Of a stretch of DNA of 64,000 nucleotides, positions 19,291 to 29,683 are shown piece after piece. The notes beneath the pieces were generated by a model. That model saw nothing but the letters and a program-made list of their open reading frames with translations. It was not told the origin of the DNA and did no database searches. Position numbers and translations under genes: made by a program. The number at the start of each line of letters is the position of its first letter. Positions within the stretch are counted from its first letter, which is position 1. Source of the DNA: Oceanispirochaeta sp. (GTDB lineage Bacteria; Spirochaetota; Spirochaetia; DSM-2461); the NCBI GenBank assembly GCA_963666275.2, contig CAXXOA010000002.1, positions 416,001 to 480,000 on the forward strand. Reading direction: 5' to 3'.

Positions 19291-19310
<20 letters not shown>
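17763..19310 (+). CDS. GH13_18 sucrose phosphorylase-like glycoside phosphorylase
   Basis: NAYPDSIG, DRGF, DFVLNHLS, RLDAFAY (nucleophile), LPEIH (acid/base), CHDGIP, YYQVNAT, PGIPQIWY, INR. Confidence 0.87.
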
Positions 19311-20320
<1,010 letters not shown>

Positions 20321-20321
20321 A

Positions 20322-22934
20322 TCAGAGCCCTTTGGTTTTTATCCTTTCCAGAGCCCAGAGGGTATATTTCCTGACCTTCTTATCCGGATCCTGTTCCAGT
20401 TCTTTCAGAATGTCTTTCCCCTCTTCCGTATTCAGAGCTTCCAGGGCTTTGGTCACGCTTACCCGTACTTCCGTATCGGGATCTCTGGCTGCCAGAACAA
20501 TTCCCCGGAAGGCAGCTCTCGTCCTTACTGAGGAGAGGAAATCAGCCGCTTCTTTTCTTACTTTCGGATCTCGGTGTTTCAGCTTTCTGATATTCGTTTC
20601 CACATAACCCGAAGACTCCAGAACCTCGGCGATGTAGTGATGAAGAGAAGGGATATCCTCTTTCAGGAGATTCACCATAAGGGCTTCTCCCTGGGGTCCC
20701 ATCAGCTGAACGGCCCGGCTTATATCATCCCTCAGCTGGGGGCTGCCGTCTTTGAACTGCTCGACCAGAGCCTGGAGGGCTTTTTTATCCCGCATCCTGC
20801 TGATACTGTCCATGCACTCCATTTTAAGCTCCCTGTCCTCTTCTATCTTTCGGACAAGGATATCCACAGCCTTGGTACTGCCGGAACGGGAAAGTCCGAG
20901 GATAGCAGCTTTTTTCACAGAATCCACTTCATTTTCATCATTAATCAGAGAGTCCATTTCCTTCAGAACACTGTCGTTCCCGAACTCTCCCAGGGCTTTC
21001 GCCACTTCTTCCCGCACCGATGCCACCGGATCCCGGAGCATTTCCACACTCTTATTCAGATGTTTGGTCTCTCCGAAATCAATCAGAGCCCAGATACAGG
21101 CAACCCGGACCTCCGGATTGGCATCGTTCAGACCCTCCTGAATATTTTTGATAAAAGTTTTCTTTTCTGTTGCAGGAAGGCAGACAATAAGGGCAGCCCT
21201 GCTCTGGGCATCCACGGAATTGAGAATAGACTCGACCCTTTCATCAAAAAGACTGTCATCAAAGGAGCTCAGCAGCCTGGCAAATTCCTTTCCCTCCTCC
21301 AGAGGAAGGATCGAAAGATTCTCCATAATAATCTGCAGACAGTACTCTTTCTGCATTTCCACAAGAGTTTTCAGAGCCTGAATTCTTACAGGATGGGAGT
21401 AGACAGCGCGTCCGGCATGTATGATATCCAGAACAACGTCCAGAACTTCCGGTTCAGGCATATTTCTGAGAGCTTTTCGCAGGCTATCTTTCAGGACGAA
21501 GTCAGGATCTTTCAAATACATCACAAGAAGATCAATAAATATAAAACCGCTTCTCCGGGGGATCCGGTCCAGAAGAGCTTGCAGAAGTTCTTCATTTTCT
21601 TTGACCCGGGCGATTTCTTTTTTCATCAGCTTCAGAGTTTCATCGCAGCCTGACTCAGAGACACAGTCCAGAGTATTCCGGTAGAGTTCGCTGTACTCCG
21701 AGTCAATCTTTGTCTCTTCGGGGAGCTTAAAAACCTTTTCCGCCAGCTTTCTGATACTGTCTCTATGGGGAGACGATTTCAGCACACGTGATGCCAGAAG
21801 GAGTGTCCCCGGATTCTCCGACCGGTCCAGTTCCTGAAGGAAACCCGACACATTGACCTGTATGGCCTTATCCAGCAGAGAGAAATTTCTTTCCAGTTCT
21901 GCCATATCATTCAGGTAACTCTCCCTGAAAATCCGCCCCAGAATGCCGCAGGTCTGAAGGAACCTGGCCGCACTGAGCCGCATTTCCAGATTCTCACCGT
22001 CCAGGCATTTCATGGCGAAGTCCTGATCCTCCTGGGACTCACTGTTCAGAAGTTCGAGAACATGGAGAGACTGTTCAGTGGTCAGGGACTGGCCCTGCCA
22101 GGAGTAGAAGGTGTGAAAATCCTGAAGAATTCTCTCTTTGGCAGCCTTCCTCACTTCCAGAACAGGGTCGTTGAGTAGAAGTTTTTTCAGAGTATCGAAA
22201 AGGAAGGAGCCGCTCTGGCTCTGTTCCTGGGGATCATAGGGTTTCGCTTCTTTTTCAATTTCCTGGACGATGGTCGCTCTAATCAGGGAATGGGGATCTT
22301 CAAAAGACTCCCAGACAGCCCGCTCTGAACGTTCCTCTCCATCATGGAGTAGAATTTTTATGGCCATATAACGGGCGGCCCATTCGGGATCCCCTGTCAT
22401 TTCCCGTATTTCGTCCATTCTGTTCTGAAAAAGAACCATGGCTTTGTTTCCGTCAAAGTACTGCCCTTTTCCGGAAAGGGCGATCCTGCGGAGGATAAGG
22501 AGATCCTTGCTGTCATCCATAAAGCTCTGAAGTTTCCTGGCGACTTTCATATCATCCAGAGCCTTTATGAAAATCGAAAAAAGCCCCTTATCGGGAATGA
22601 ATTCCAGAATGGCCTCCAGAGCATCCGCATTGCTGTTCCTATTGAATTTCTCCAACCAGAACTCCCCCAGGTTCAGCAGTTCGGGTAGATTGAAATCCTG
22701 TTTACGGGAAATCTCTTCAATTGTCTTTGACTTCCGGCAGAGATACTCATAGCTGTAGTTCTCCAGAAGAGCTGAACTGTCCCGGGAGACAACAGCGGCC
22801 TCGAGGAGTTTCTGGAACTTTTTCTTTTTTCTGCGGACCAGAATAAGGATCACAACAGCAGCGATGATGACCACTCCTGCAAGAATAAGCACCCACAGAG
22901 GGATTTGAGATAGTTTTGAAAAAATCTGATTCAT
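20322..22934 (-). CDS. Membrane-anchored HEAT-repeat protein
   Basis: N-terminal TM helix followed by RRKKKK; many HEAT/PBS-type repeats (DANPEVRVAC, DPVASVREEVAKAL, DPKVRKEAA, DPDTEVRVSV, DPDKKVRKY). Confidence 0.85.
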   Translation of the reverse strand: MNQIFSKLSQIPLWVLILAGVVIIAAVVILILVRRKKKKFQKLLEAAVVSRDSSALLENYSYEYLCRKSKTIEEISRKQDFNLPELLNLGEFWLEKFNRNSNADALEAILEFIPDKGLFSIFIKALDDMKVARKLQSFMDDSKDLLILRRIALSGKGQYFDGNKAMVLFQNRMDEIREMTGDPEWAARYMAIKILLHDGEERSERAVWESFEDPHSLIRATIVQEIEKEAKPYDPQEQSQSGSFLFDTLKKLLLNDPVLEVRKAAKERILQDFHTFYSWQGQSLTTEQSLHVLELLNSESQEDQDFAMKCLDGENLEMRLSAARFLQTCGILGRIFRESYLNDMAELERNFSLLDKAIQVNVSGFLQELDRSENPGTLLLASRVLKSSPHRDSIRKLAEKVFKLPEETKIDSEYSELYRNTLDCVSESGCDETLKLMKKEIARVKENEELLQALLDRIPRRSGFIFIDLLVMYLKDPDFVLKDSLRKALRNMPEPEVLDVVLDIIHAGRAVYSHPVRIQALKTLVEMQKEYCLQIIMENLSILPLEEGKEFARLLSSFDDSLFDERVESILNSVDAQSRAALIVCLPATEKKTFIKNIQEGLNDANPEVRVACIWALIDFGETKHLNKSVEMLRDPVASVREEVAKALGEFGNDSVLKEMDSLINDENEVDSVKKAAILGLSRSGSTKAVDILVRKIEEDRELKMECMDSISRMRDKKALQALVEQFKDGSPQLRDDISRAVQLMGPQGEALMVNLLKEDIPSLHHYIAEVLESSGYVETNIRKLKHRDPKVRKEAADFLSSVRTRAAFRGIVLAARDPDTEVRVSVTKALEALNTEEGKDILKELEQDPDKKVRKYTLWALERIKTKGL

Positions 22935-22946
22935 GAAAACTCCCTT

Positions 22947-24521
22947 TTATGCCATTCCGGCAACATTGTATATCTGAATAGGTTTCACTTTCCCTTTTAC
23001 TTTTACAGGATCCCTTTTCTCAAGGATAAAACGGTCATCCAGATGGACTCTTGTATCTTCTGTTATGATAATCTCACCCGCTCCGGAAACTCCCTCCAGA
23101 CGGGCGGCCAGGTTGACTGTATCACCGATCACGGTATAGTCCATCCGTCTCGAACTTCCCAGATTGCCCGCCACAAGATCTCCTGTATGCATGCCGAAAC
23201 CCACTGCGAGATGCTCAGCCCTTCCCTGAAAGAATTTTCTTGTCTTGGATTTTACAAGTGACTGAATTTCCACAGCGCAGCTGACGGCCTTAATGGCATC
23301 TTCCTGTTCATTCACCATGGGAACACCCCAGGCCGCCATAATACAGTCCCCGATGAATTTATCTATATATCCGCCGTATTTGATCACAACCTCAACGGCT
23401 TCCCGGAAATACTCATTCAGAACTTCAATAATGTATTCCGGTGTCTTATCCTCGGAAAAGGATGTATATCCCCGGATATCCGCGAAAAAGACGGTGGCAT
23501 GTTTCGTTCCTCCCCCGGGTTTTACCAGATCCGGAGAATCCACAAGATTCTGAACAATGTCATTGGAGAGATACCGGGCGAACATATCCTTGATGACCCT
23601 CCTGTCTTCCTTGGCCACATCGGCACTCTCTTTGAGTTCCATCTCCCGGGACTGGTCTGTAAAGAGTAGTGTCAGCCCCTTATGCTTTCCCCTGACTCCC
23701 TTCAAAGGAGAGACATTCAGAGAAAAGTCCATGTCCTTCTCTCCCTTCCCTCTTTTGAAAATCCCTTCAAGCCCCAGCATCTCCCTTCCGGAATCTTTCA
23801 CTTTTCCCAGGGAGTTGAGGATCTTTTTGCTTATGTTCTTCTGAAATACAGCACTGAAATCCCTGCCTATAAAACTCTCATCCAGTCCCAGAGTCTCTTC
23901 GGCCTGACGGTTGAAGTATTCAATCCTGTCTTTTTCATCGATGGTTATGAGGATGTTGGTCATAGAGGAGAAAATACTTGTCTGGTACTGTTCCAGTTCC
24001 TCCACCTGTTTCACATACTCTTTGAGCTCCCGGAAAAGCCTGGCATTGTGAAGCATACCGCTTGCCTGTTTCGAAAAAGAATCGGCAAAGTTGAACTGCT
24101 CCCGGGAATAGGCATTCTCTTTCCTGGCATTGAGGACAAGGACCCCAATGTTCATCTTCCTTGTAATGACGGGGAGCGCAATGCCGCTGTTCATGCTTTC
24201 ATGAAGAAACAGCTCCTGAAATGTGTCTCTTTTCCTCTCCTGCAGAACTACAGACATGGCGCACTCATTCAGGAACTCCAGAAGTTCTCCGTCCCCCTCC
24301 AGCTCTGCAGGGACGGGATACCGCCCCCGTTTATAGGCCATTTTCAGAAGAGACGTGGAATCCTCGGGTTCTGTATGCAGATATAATACCGCCAGATCGG
24401 AATGGGTAACATCCAGAGACTGTTCCACCAGTACAGAGATCAGAGGTTTGAGTTCAAATTCTCCGGAGAGAAGAGAGCTGGCTCTCACCAGTTCGTCCAT
24501 GACATTTATACTTTTAATCAT
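22947..24521 (-). CDS. GAF-PAS-class III adenylate cyclase
   Basis: N-terminal GAF (IALPVI...IGVLVL...NARLF), PAS (YFNRQAEETLG), catalytic FADIRGYT, DKFIGD, DYTVIGDTVNLAARLE. Confidence 0.92.
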   Translation of the reverse strand: MIKSINVMDELVRASSLLSGEFELKPLISVLVEQSLDVTHSDLAVLYLHTEPEDSTSLLKMAYKRGRYPVPAELEGDGELLEFLNECAMSVVLQERKRDTFQELFLHESMNSGIALPVITRKMNIGVLVLNARKENAYSREQFNFADSFSKQASGMLHNARLFRELKEYVKQVEELEQYQTSIFSSMTNILITIDEKDRIEYFNRQAEETLGLDESFIGRDFSAVFQKNISKKILNSLGKVKDSGREMLGLEGIFKRGKGEKDMDFSLNVSPLKGVRGKHKGLTLLFTDQSREMELKESADVAKEDRRVIKDMFARYLSNDIVQNLVDSPDLVKPGGGTKHATVFFADIRGYTSFSEDKTPEYIIEVLNEYFREAVEVVIKYGGYIDKFIGDCIMAAWGVPMVNEQEDAIKAVSCAVEIQSLVKSKTRKFFQGRAEHLAVGFGMHTGDLVAGNLGSSRRMDYTVIGDTVNLAARLEGVSGAGEIIITEDTRVHLDDRFILEKRDPVKVKGKVKPIQIYNVAGMA

Positions 24522-24713
24522 CCGGATTCTCCAAAGAGAGATTTATTTTGGATTCGTTAATAAACATACTATAAAAAACAGGTTTAACAGGAACTCCTGT
24601 CCATTTGTAATAATAGATTAGAAAAATTCTCCTTACAAGGTTTTATAAAAACTCTTATGATGACCTGCCGGAAGGTTTATGGTATCATGAATCTCCCGAA
24701 CAGGAGAAATTGA

Positions 24714-25088
24714 ATGCACGAAGAAACCATTATCCAGGAAAATCCCGGTAACAGAAAGAAAACATCTTTCCTGTCCGGCAGAGGAGTCCTTGTCTCACTC
24801 TCATCCGAAAGCCTGGGAAAAACCATTATTATTGATCGGGAATCATTGATTATCGGCAGGGATGCAGGATGTGATGTCTGTCTGGATGATCCTCAGATAA
24901 GCAAAGTCCACTGCAGGATCACTGTGGAGGAAGATAAAATTTTCAGAATTGAAGATCTGGGCTCCACAAACGGTACATACTTAAACAAGAAAAAAATCTC
25001 AAAACCCATGCAGATCTATTACAGCGACAGAATCCTGCTTGGAAATACAATATTCCGGTTTCTTATAGAAGAAACACTGGGAAAATAA
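24714..25088 (+). CDS. FHA domain protein
   Basis: IGRD, ISKVHC, EDLGSTNGTYLN motifs; AGGAG RBS. Confidence 0.9.
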   Translation: MHEETIIQENPGNRKKTSFLSGRGVLVSLSSESLGKTIIIDRESLIIGRDAGCDVCLDDPQISKVHCRITVEEDKIFRIEDLGSTNGTYLNKKKISKPMQIYYSDRILLGNTIFRFLIEETLGK

Positions 25089-25111
25089 ATCCAGAAAAGG
25101 GGGGCGCGGAT

Positions 25112-25849
25112 ATGTCAGCAGGAAAACTGCCGATTCTCGTTCAGCAAACCTACACAGGCATAAAAAAATTCATAGATGAGGGACACTACAATGCCAACGG
25201 GCAGCTTCCTTCGGAAAATATCCTTTCAGAGCAGCTGAATGTGAGCCGGGCTACTGTGAGAACCGCTCTGGCGAAGCTGGAATATGACGGCGTTATCAAG
25301 CGGATCCATGGAAAAGGAACCTTTATCCGGGAAAAATCCATTAATCTCGAGACATCCCTTCAGGAAAAGTGGGATTTCATTCCCATGCTGGAAGAGAACG
25401 GACGCAAAGTGACGATCGATCTCCTTTCCATAAAACAGAGGACAGCCGGAACCAATGATGCGAACCTGCTGAATGTAAGAAATACAACAGAAATTGTGGA
25501 GATTGTGAGACTCTATAAGGCTGACGGAAAACCCGTTATCTACTCAAGGAATATTTTTCCCAAAAGTCTTCTGAAAAAGAGTGCCGATCCGATTCTCATG
25601 AATTACCAGTGCACAGCCTACGAACTGTTTAATGACTATTTTACAGAGCAGGCTGAAAATTCCCTGACCGATCTGATCCCTGTACTGCCAGATGAAAAAG
25701 TGGCCGAACATCTGAGAATCGCCAGAGACACACCCATATTGCTCTTCAAGGATTTCTTCCTGACGAAAGGGGAACAGATTCTCCTTGCAGGAGAAAACTA
25801 TATGCATGATAAAATGATGAAACTCCGCTTTCTCAGTAATCCGGTTTAA
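25112..25849 (+). CDS. GntR (HutC/UTRA subfamily) transcriptional regulator
   Basis: LPSENILSEQLNVSRATVRTAL...HGKGTFI wHTH followed by a UTRA-type domain. Confidence 0.9.
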   Translation: MSAGKLPILVQQTYTGIKKFIDEGHYNANGQLPSENILSEQLNVSRATVRTALAKLEYDGVIKRIHGKGTFIREKSINLETSLQEKWDFIPMLEENGRKVTIDLLSIKQRTAGTNDANLLNVRNTTEIVEIVRLYKADGKPVIYSRNIFPKSLLKKSADPILMNYQCTAYELFNDYFTEQAENSLTDLIPVLPDEKVAEHLRIARDTPILLFKDFFLTKGEQILLAGENYMHDKMMKLRFLSNPV

Positions 25850-25857
25850 CAGGATCT

Positions 25858-26316
25858 CTAAAGAAGAAAGGTGAGAATCTCTTTTCCGTGTCCTTCGGGA
25901 TTTACCTTATGAAAAGCCTGATGAATAACCATATTTTCATCTATGATATAGGTTGACCTGTAAATTTTCTGAATGATCTCATCATCGATCAGTTCTTTTT
26001 CTCCCAGAGCATCAAAACGGCTTATGACCTTTCTTTCAGGATCACTCAGGAGCTTAAAGGGCAGATTATATTTTTTTTTGAATTCCCTGTGAGATTCGGG
26101 AGGATCAGGACTGATACCCAGGACTTCCGCCCCGGCCTCAATAATCTCATCATACTCATCCCTGAAACTGCAGGCTTCTGTGGTACAGCCGGGAGTATTG
26201 TCTTTGGGATAAAAGTAGACTATGACTTTTTTACCCTTGAAATCCGACAGGGATACAGGATTTCCCTGTTCATCAGGGAGGGTAAAATTCTCTATTTTCA
26301 CACCGCTATTCAGCAT
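25858..26316 (-). CDS. bcp: Peroxiredoxin Bcp/PrxQ
   Basis: YFYPKDNTPGCTTEACSFRD motif. Confidence 0.92.
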   Translation of the reverse strand: MLNSGVKIENFTLPDEQGNPVSLSDFKGKKVIVYFYPKDNTPGCTTEACSFRDEYDEIIEAGAEVLGISPDPPESHREFKKKYNLPFKLLSDPERKVISRFDALGEKELIDDEIIQKIYRSTYIIDENMVIHQAFHKVNPEGHGKEILTFLL

Positions 26317-26495
26317 TGGGAACCTCTTTCATTCATGATTAAATGTAAAATAATAAATCCGGTGTAATCATACAAGCTGAATCCTCAGGATTCAGTCGTG
26401 TCGGATTTAACCATTCTTTCATAATTAAAACTACCATAGGCATAAAATTTATATTACTCTTTTAATAAAATTTGATAAGGACGGGAAAGGTATAT

Positions 26496-26915
26496 ATGAA
26501 AAAAAATATTTTATTCCTCTGTACAGGAAACTCCTGCAGGAGTCAGATGGCTGAAGGATGGATGAGAACCCTCCACGGGGATGAATATAATGTTTACTCT
26601 GCCGGGATCGAGACCCATGGACTGAATCCTGATGCAGTAAAGGTCATGAAAGAAGCCGGTGTAGATATTTCAGCTCAGAAAAGCGAAAATGTGAACACCA
26701 TGCTGGAGATTCCTTTTGAATACGTCATCACGGTTTGCGGTCATGCGGATGAACACTGCCCTGTTTTTCCTGGAAAGACAAAAAAAATCCACCACGGATT
26801 TGACGATCCCCCCAAGCTGGCCGCCGGAATTGAGGATGAAGAAAAAAAACTGGAACCCTACAGAAGGGTAAGAGATGAAATCAGAGCTTACCTCCAGAAT
26901 TTCAAGGGAGAATAA
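26496..26915 (+). CDS. arsC: Thioredoxin-dependent arsenate reductase (LMW-PTP fold)
   Basis: [31 protein letters not shown]; start placed at MKKNILF. Confidence 0.88.
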   Translation: MKKNILFLCTGNSCRSQMAEGWMRTLHGDEYNVYSAGIETHGLNPDAVKVMKEAGVDISAQKSENVNTMLEIPFEYVITVCGHADEHCPVFPGKTKKIHHGFDDPPKLAAGIEDEEKKLEPYRRVRDEIRAYLQNFKGE

Positions 26916-26984
26916 GATAAATCAGTTTTTTTTTAAGTTTCAGGGTACACTGGTATGGTAAAAGAAAATAATGAAGAGGTTTTA

Positions 26985-27788
26985 ATGAAAAAATTCTATT
27001 TCACCATGTCCCTATTACTATTCCTGTTGTCTGCAGTTTCTGCAGAGGATATCAGAACAGTAACTGTGACAAATACACTTTCAGACTCTGTTTACTATCT
27101 GTATCTGACCCCCGAAGATCAGAGTGACTGGGGAGAGGACAGACTGGGAGATGATATACTTGATCCGGGTGATAGTATTTCCATCGATATAGATATTGAT
27201 TTCTGGGGTTCGGACTTTCGTCTTATGGCAGAAGATGAAACAGAAAGAGCCTACAGAATCGATAATATTGATCTGAGTGAATCTGATCAGCTGTCCATAG
27301 CAGAAAGTGATTACCTTCCTTTCGGAGGAAGATCTCCTGTGACACGTACTCTCACCTTTTACAATGACACAGACGAGGATATCTACTATCTCTATGTCTC
27401 TTCCAACAGCTCCATGTACTGGGGAGAGGATATCCTGGGCGATGAAATACTCTATTACGGAGAATACTTCACTCTGGACCTTCCCATCGACAGCGAATAT
27501 CCCTGGCATGACATTCTTGCTGAAGGTTCCAGCGGTTCTTCCTATGAACTGATGGATATGAACCTGATGGAAACTGATGAGCTTACTTTTACTGTTTCGG
27601 ACATGACATCATCCGGTGATGATTACGATTATGATGATTATGACTACTATGATGACTACGATGAATACGGAGAAGGTTACGACTCAGAAAACGACCCCTA
27701 CCTGGAAGGATACAGGGAAGGTTTCAAGGACGGCTGGAGAGAAGCCTATCAGCAGGGCTTTGAAGAAGCTATGAGGGAAAACGGTTAA
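26985..27788 (+). CDS. Secreted protein with two tandem repeat domains and an acidic Asp/Tyr-rich tail
   Basis: Signal peptide MKKFYFTMSLLLFLLSAVSA; two copies of YYLY.....WGED.LGD.IL; GAGGT RBS. Confidence 0.75.
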   Translation: MKKFYFTMSLLLFLLSAVSAEDIRTVTVTNTLSDSVYYLYLTPEDQSDWGEDRLGDDILDPGDSISIDIDIDFWGSDFRLMAEDETERAYRIDNIDLSESDQLSIAESDYLPFGGRSPVTRTLTFYNDTDEDIYYLYVSSNSSMYWGEDILGDEILYYGEYFTLDLPIDSEYPWHDILAEGSSGSSYELMDMNLMETDELTFTVSDMTSSGDDYDYDDYDYYDDYDEYGEGYDSENDPYLEGYREGFKDGWREAYQQGFEEAMRENG

Positions 27789-27801
27789 AAGCGTATTAAT
27801 G

Positions 27802-27840
27802 CCTTTAAGTCCCGGAAAAAATAAGTCCGGGACTTAAAGG
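27802..27840. terminator. Bidirectional hairpin between convergent genes
   Basis: CCTTTAAGTCCCGGA / TCCGGGACTTAAAGG perfect 15-bp inverted repeat. Confidence 0.65.
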
Positions 27841-28286
27841 AATTTCTTGAGGGGGATCATGTTCGATCCCTCCCAGGAATCTTTTCTGTAAAACTCCAGA
27901 GCGGGAAAGTTATCCTTGTCAGCCAGCAGCTGAACGCGGAGGCAGCCTTTCTCCCGGCACCAAACCAGGATTTCTTCGGTCAGTTTCTGTCCTATCCCTC
28001 TGCCCTGATAGTCCCGATCGACAACGAGATCTTCCATCCATGCTGAAAATCCTCCCGCCGCAGTGGAAACTGTGATCTGGGCCGTAACCATTCCTACAAT
28101 CTTTCCATCTGACTCAGCTACCAGAACAACAGCCTTATCATCAGGTTCCTGAAACAGTAAGGATAATCCCTTTGTATGGATATCCTCATTAAAAACAAAA
28201 TCCTCTTCGATAGTGAAGAGCAACTTCAGCAGCGGTATCAGTTCCCTGATATCATCCGGACCGGCTTTTCTCACCGTAAAACTCAT
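27834..28286 (-). CDS. GNAT family N-acetyltransferase
   Basis: EDLVVDRDYQGRGIGQKL acetyl-CoA motif, NFPALEFY. Confidence 0.9.
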   Translation of the reverse strand: MSFTVRKAGPDDIRELIPLLKLLFTIEEDFVFNEDIHTKGLSLLFQEPDDKAVVLVAESDGKIVGMVTAQITVSTAAGGFSAWMEDLVVDRDYQGRGIGQKLTEEILVWCREKGCLRVQLLADKDNFPALEFYRKDSWEGSNMIPLKKFL

Positions 28287-28876
28287 CAGCTGATTTTCTC
28301 CAGTTTTTTCAAAAGGTATTCTTTTTTTTCTTGAACATAATCTTTCAGATCTTCAAAATCATCGGCAGTTTCTGTAGCAGCCCCGGAAAGGATCAGTACA
28401 CGGTTGGCCCATTTGAACCAGAGATAGTGTTTTTCCTCAACAGCAAAATAGCCGGAAGCTCTCAGCCTGGCCTCCATTGCCGCGTCCAGATCAATGTGGT
28501 TGGCCGTGCCTGTAAGATACAGAACATCCCCGTCTTCCAGTATATAGATGACGCAGCGTTTAAATCCCTGCGCCAGAGCTTCATCATTCCTGAATCCTTC
28601 AAGACGCAGATCAAGCGTTCCCAGTCTGAGATTATATCCCTGCAGCCGCAACCCCTTCCGGATAGCCGCAAGTTCAGACCGGACATCCTGAATAACTTCC
28701 TGATTGGTTCTATTGGCTTCAAGTCTGTGACGCAGTTCTCTCAGATGAAGTTCATACTGCTGGAAGAGCTTTTTGTTGTTGGACAGATAAATAGTCGTAT
28801 CTGACAGAAGGGTCCAGGCAGACGAGAAATGCTCATTTATATTATTCAGGACACTCGATATTTTTCTTGATATCAT
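28286..28876 (-). CDS. Hypothetical protein
   Basis: 196-aa ORF with normal composition, coupled by a 1-nt stop/start overlap to the GNAT gene; no recognisable motif. Confidence 0.7.
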   Translation of the reverse strand: MISRKISSVLNNINEHFSSAWTLLSDTTIYLSNNKKLFQQYELHLRELRHRLEANRTNQEVIQDVRSELAAIRKGLRLQGYNLRLGTLDLRLEGFRNDEALAQGFKRCVIYILEDGDVLYLTGTANHIDLDAAMEARLRASGYFAVEEKHYLWFKWANRVLILSGAATETADDFEDLKDYVQEKKEYLLKKLEKIS

Positions 28877-28954
28877 ATAAACCTATTATACTCGTTTATT
28901 CAAAAGAGATAAAATAATTAGAATAAATACATCCCAGAAAAGGAAGAAAGTCAA

Positions 28955-29683
28955 TTGTTGGTACTGGTTTTATCAGATATACATGGAAATTTTGAAGCAC
29001 TCAGATCTGTAATTAAAGACTCCAGACGATACAAATGGAAGGAGCTGTGGTTCCTGGGAGATCTGGCCGGTTACGGCCCCCGTCCACAGGAATGCTTTGA
29101 GCTTCTCAGAAAGTACATATCAACCATCATTCCGGGAAATCATGACTCCTATCTGGCCGGGACCATTTCAGGATCCTTTTTTTCAGAGCAGTCTCTCCAT
29201 TCCCTGATTCTCAACAGGGGACAGCTGAACCATGCCACCCTGGAACTTATCAAAACCATACCGAAGAAGCAGGAACGGAACGGTGTGACTCTGGTCCATG
29301 GAAGTCCGATTGATCCGATCACCGATTACATCATATCCGATTCTGATGCCCTGGAAAGCTTCAACGCCTTCAGGGGATCCTGCTGCCTTTTCGGGCATAC
29401 CCATGTTCAGGGTTACTACAGACTGAAAGACGGAGAAATTGAGAGCTCAAGAGCCGGCAGCGGAGAGATGATCTGCTACAAGAAGTCCCGGGTTCTGGTC
29501 AACCCCGGCAGCGTGGGACAGCCCCGGGATGGGAACCCCGATGCCGCCTGGTGCCTTCTGGATACCCGGAAAAAAGTAATTCAGTTTTTTCGAACTCCCT
29601 ATGATATAAAAGTGACCCAGGAAGAGATGCGGAAGCAGAAAGCCTCGGACTTTCTGATTGAACGCCTGGAAAAAGGGATGTGA
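28955..29683 (+). CDS. Calcineurin-like metallophosphoesterase
   Basis: SDIHGN, LGDLAGYG, GNHD, HGSP, FGHTH, NPGSVGQPRDG; TTG start. Confidence 0.92.
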   Translation: MLVLVLSDIHGNFEALRSVIKDSRRYKWKELWFLGDLAGYGPRPQECFELLRKYISTIIPGNHDSYLAGTISGSFFSEQSLHSLILNRGQLNHATLELIKTIPKKQERNGVTLVHGSPIDPITDYIISDSDALESFNAFRGSCCLFGHTHVQGYYRLKDGEIESSRAGSGEMICYKKSRVLVNPGSVGQPRDGNPDAAWCLLDTRKKVIQFFRTPYDIKVTQEEMRKQKASDFLIERLEKGM

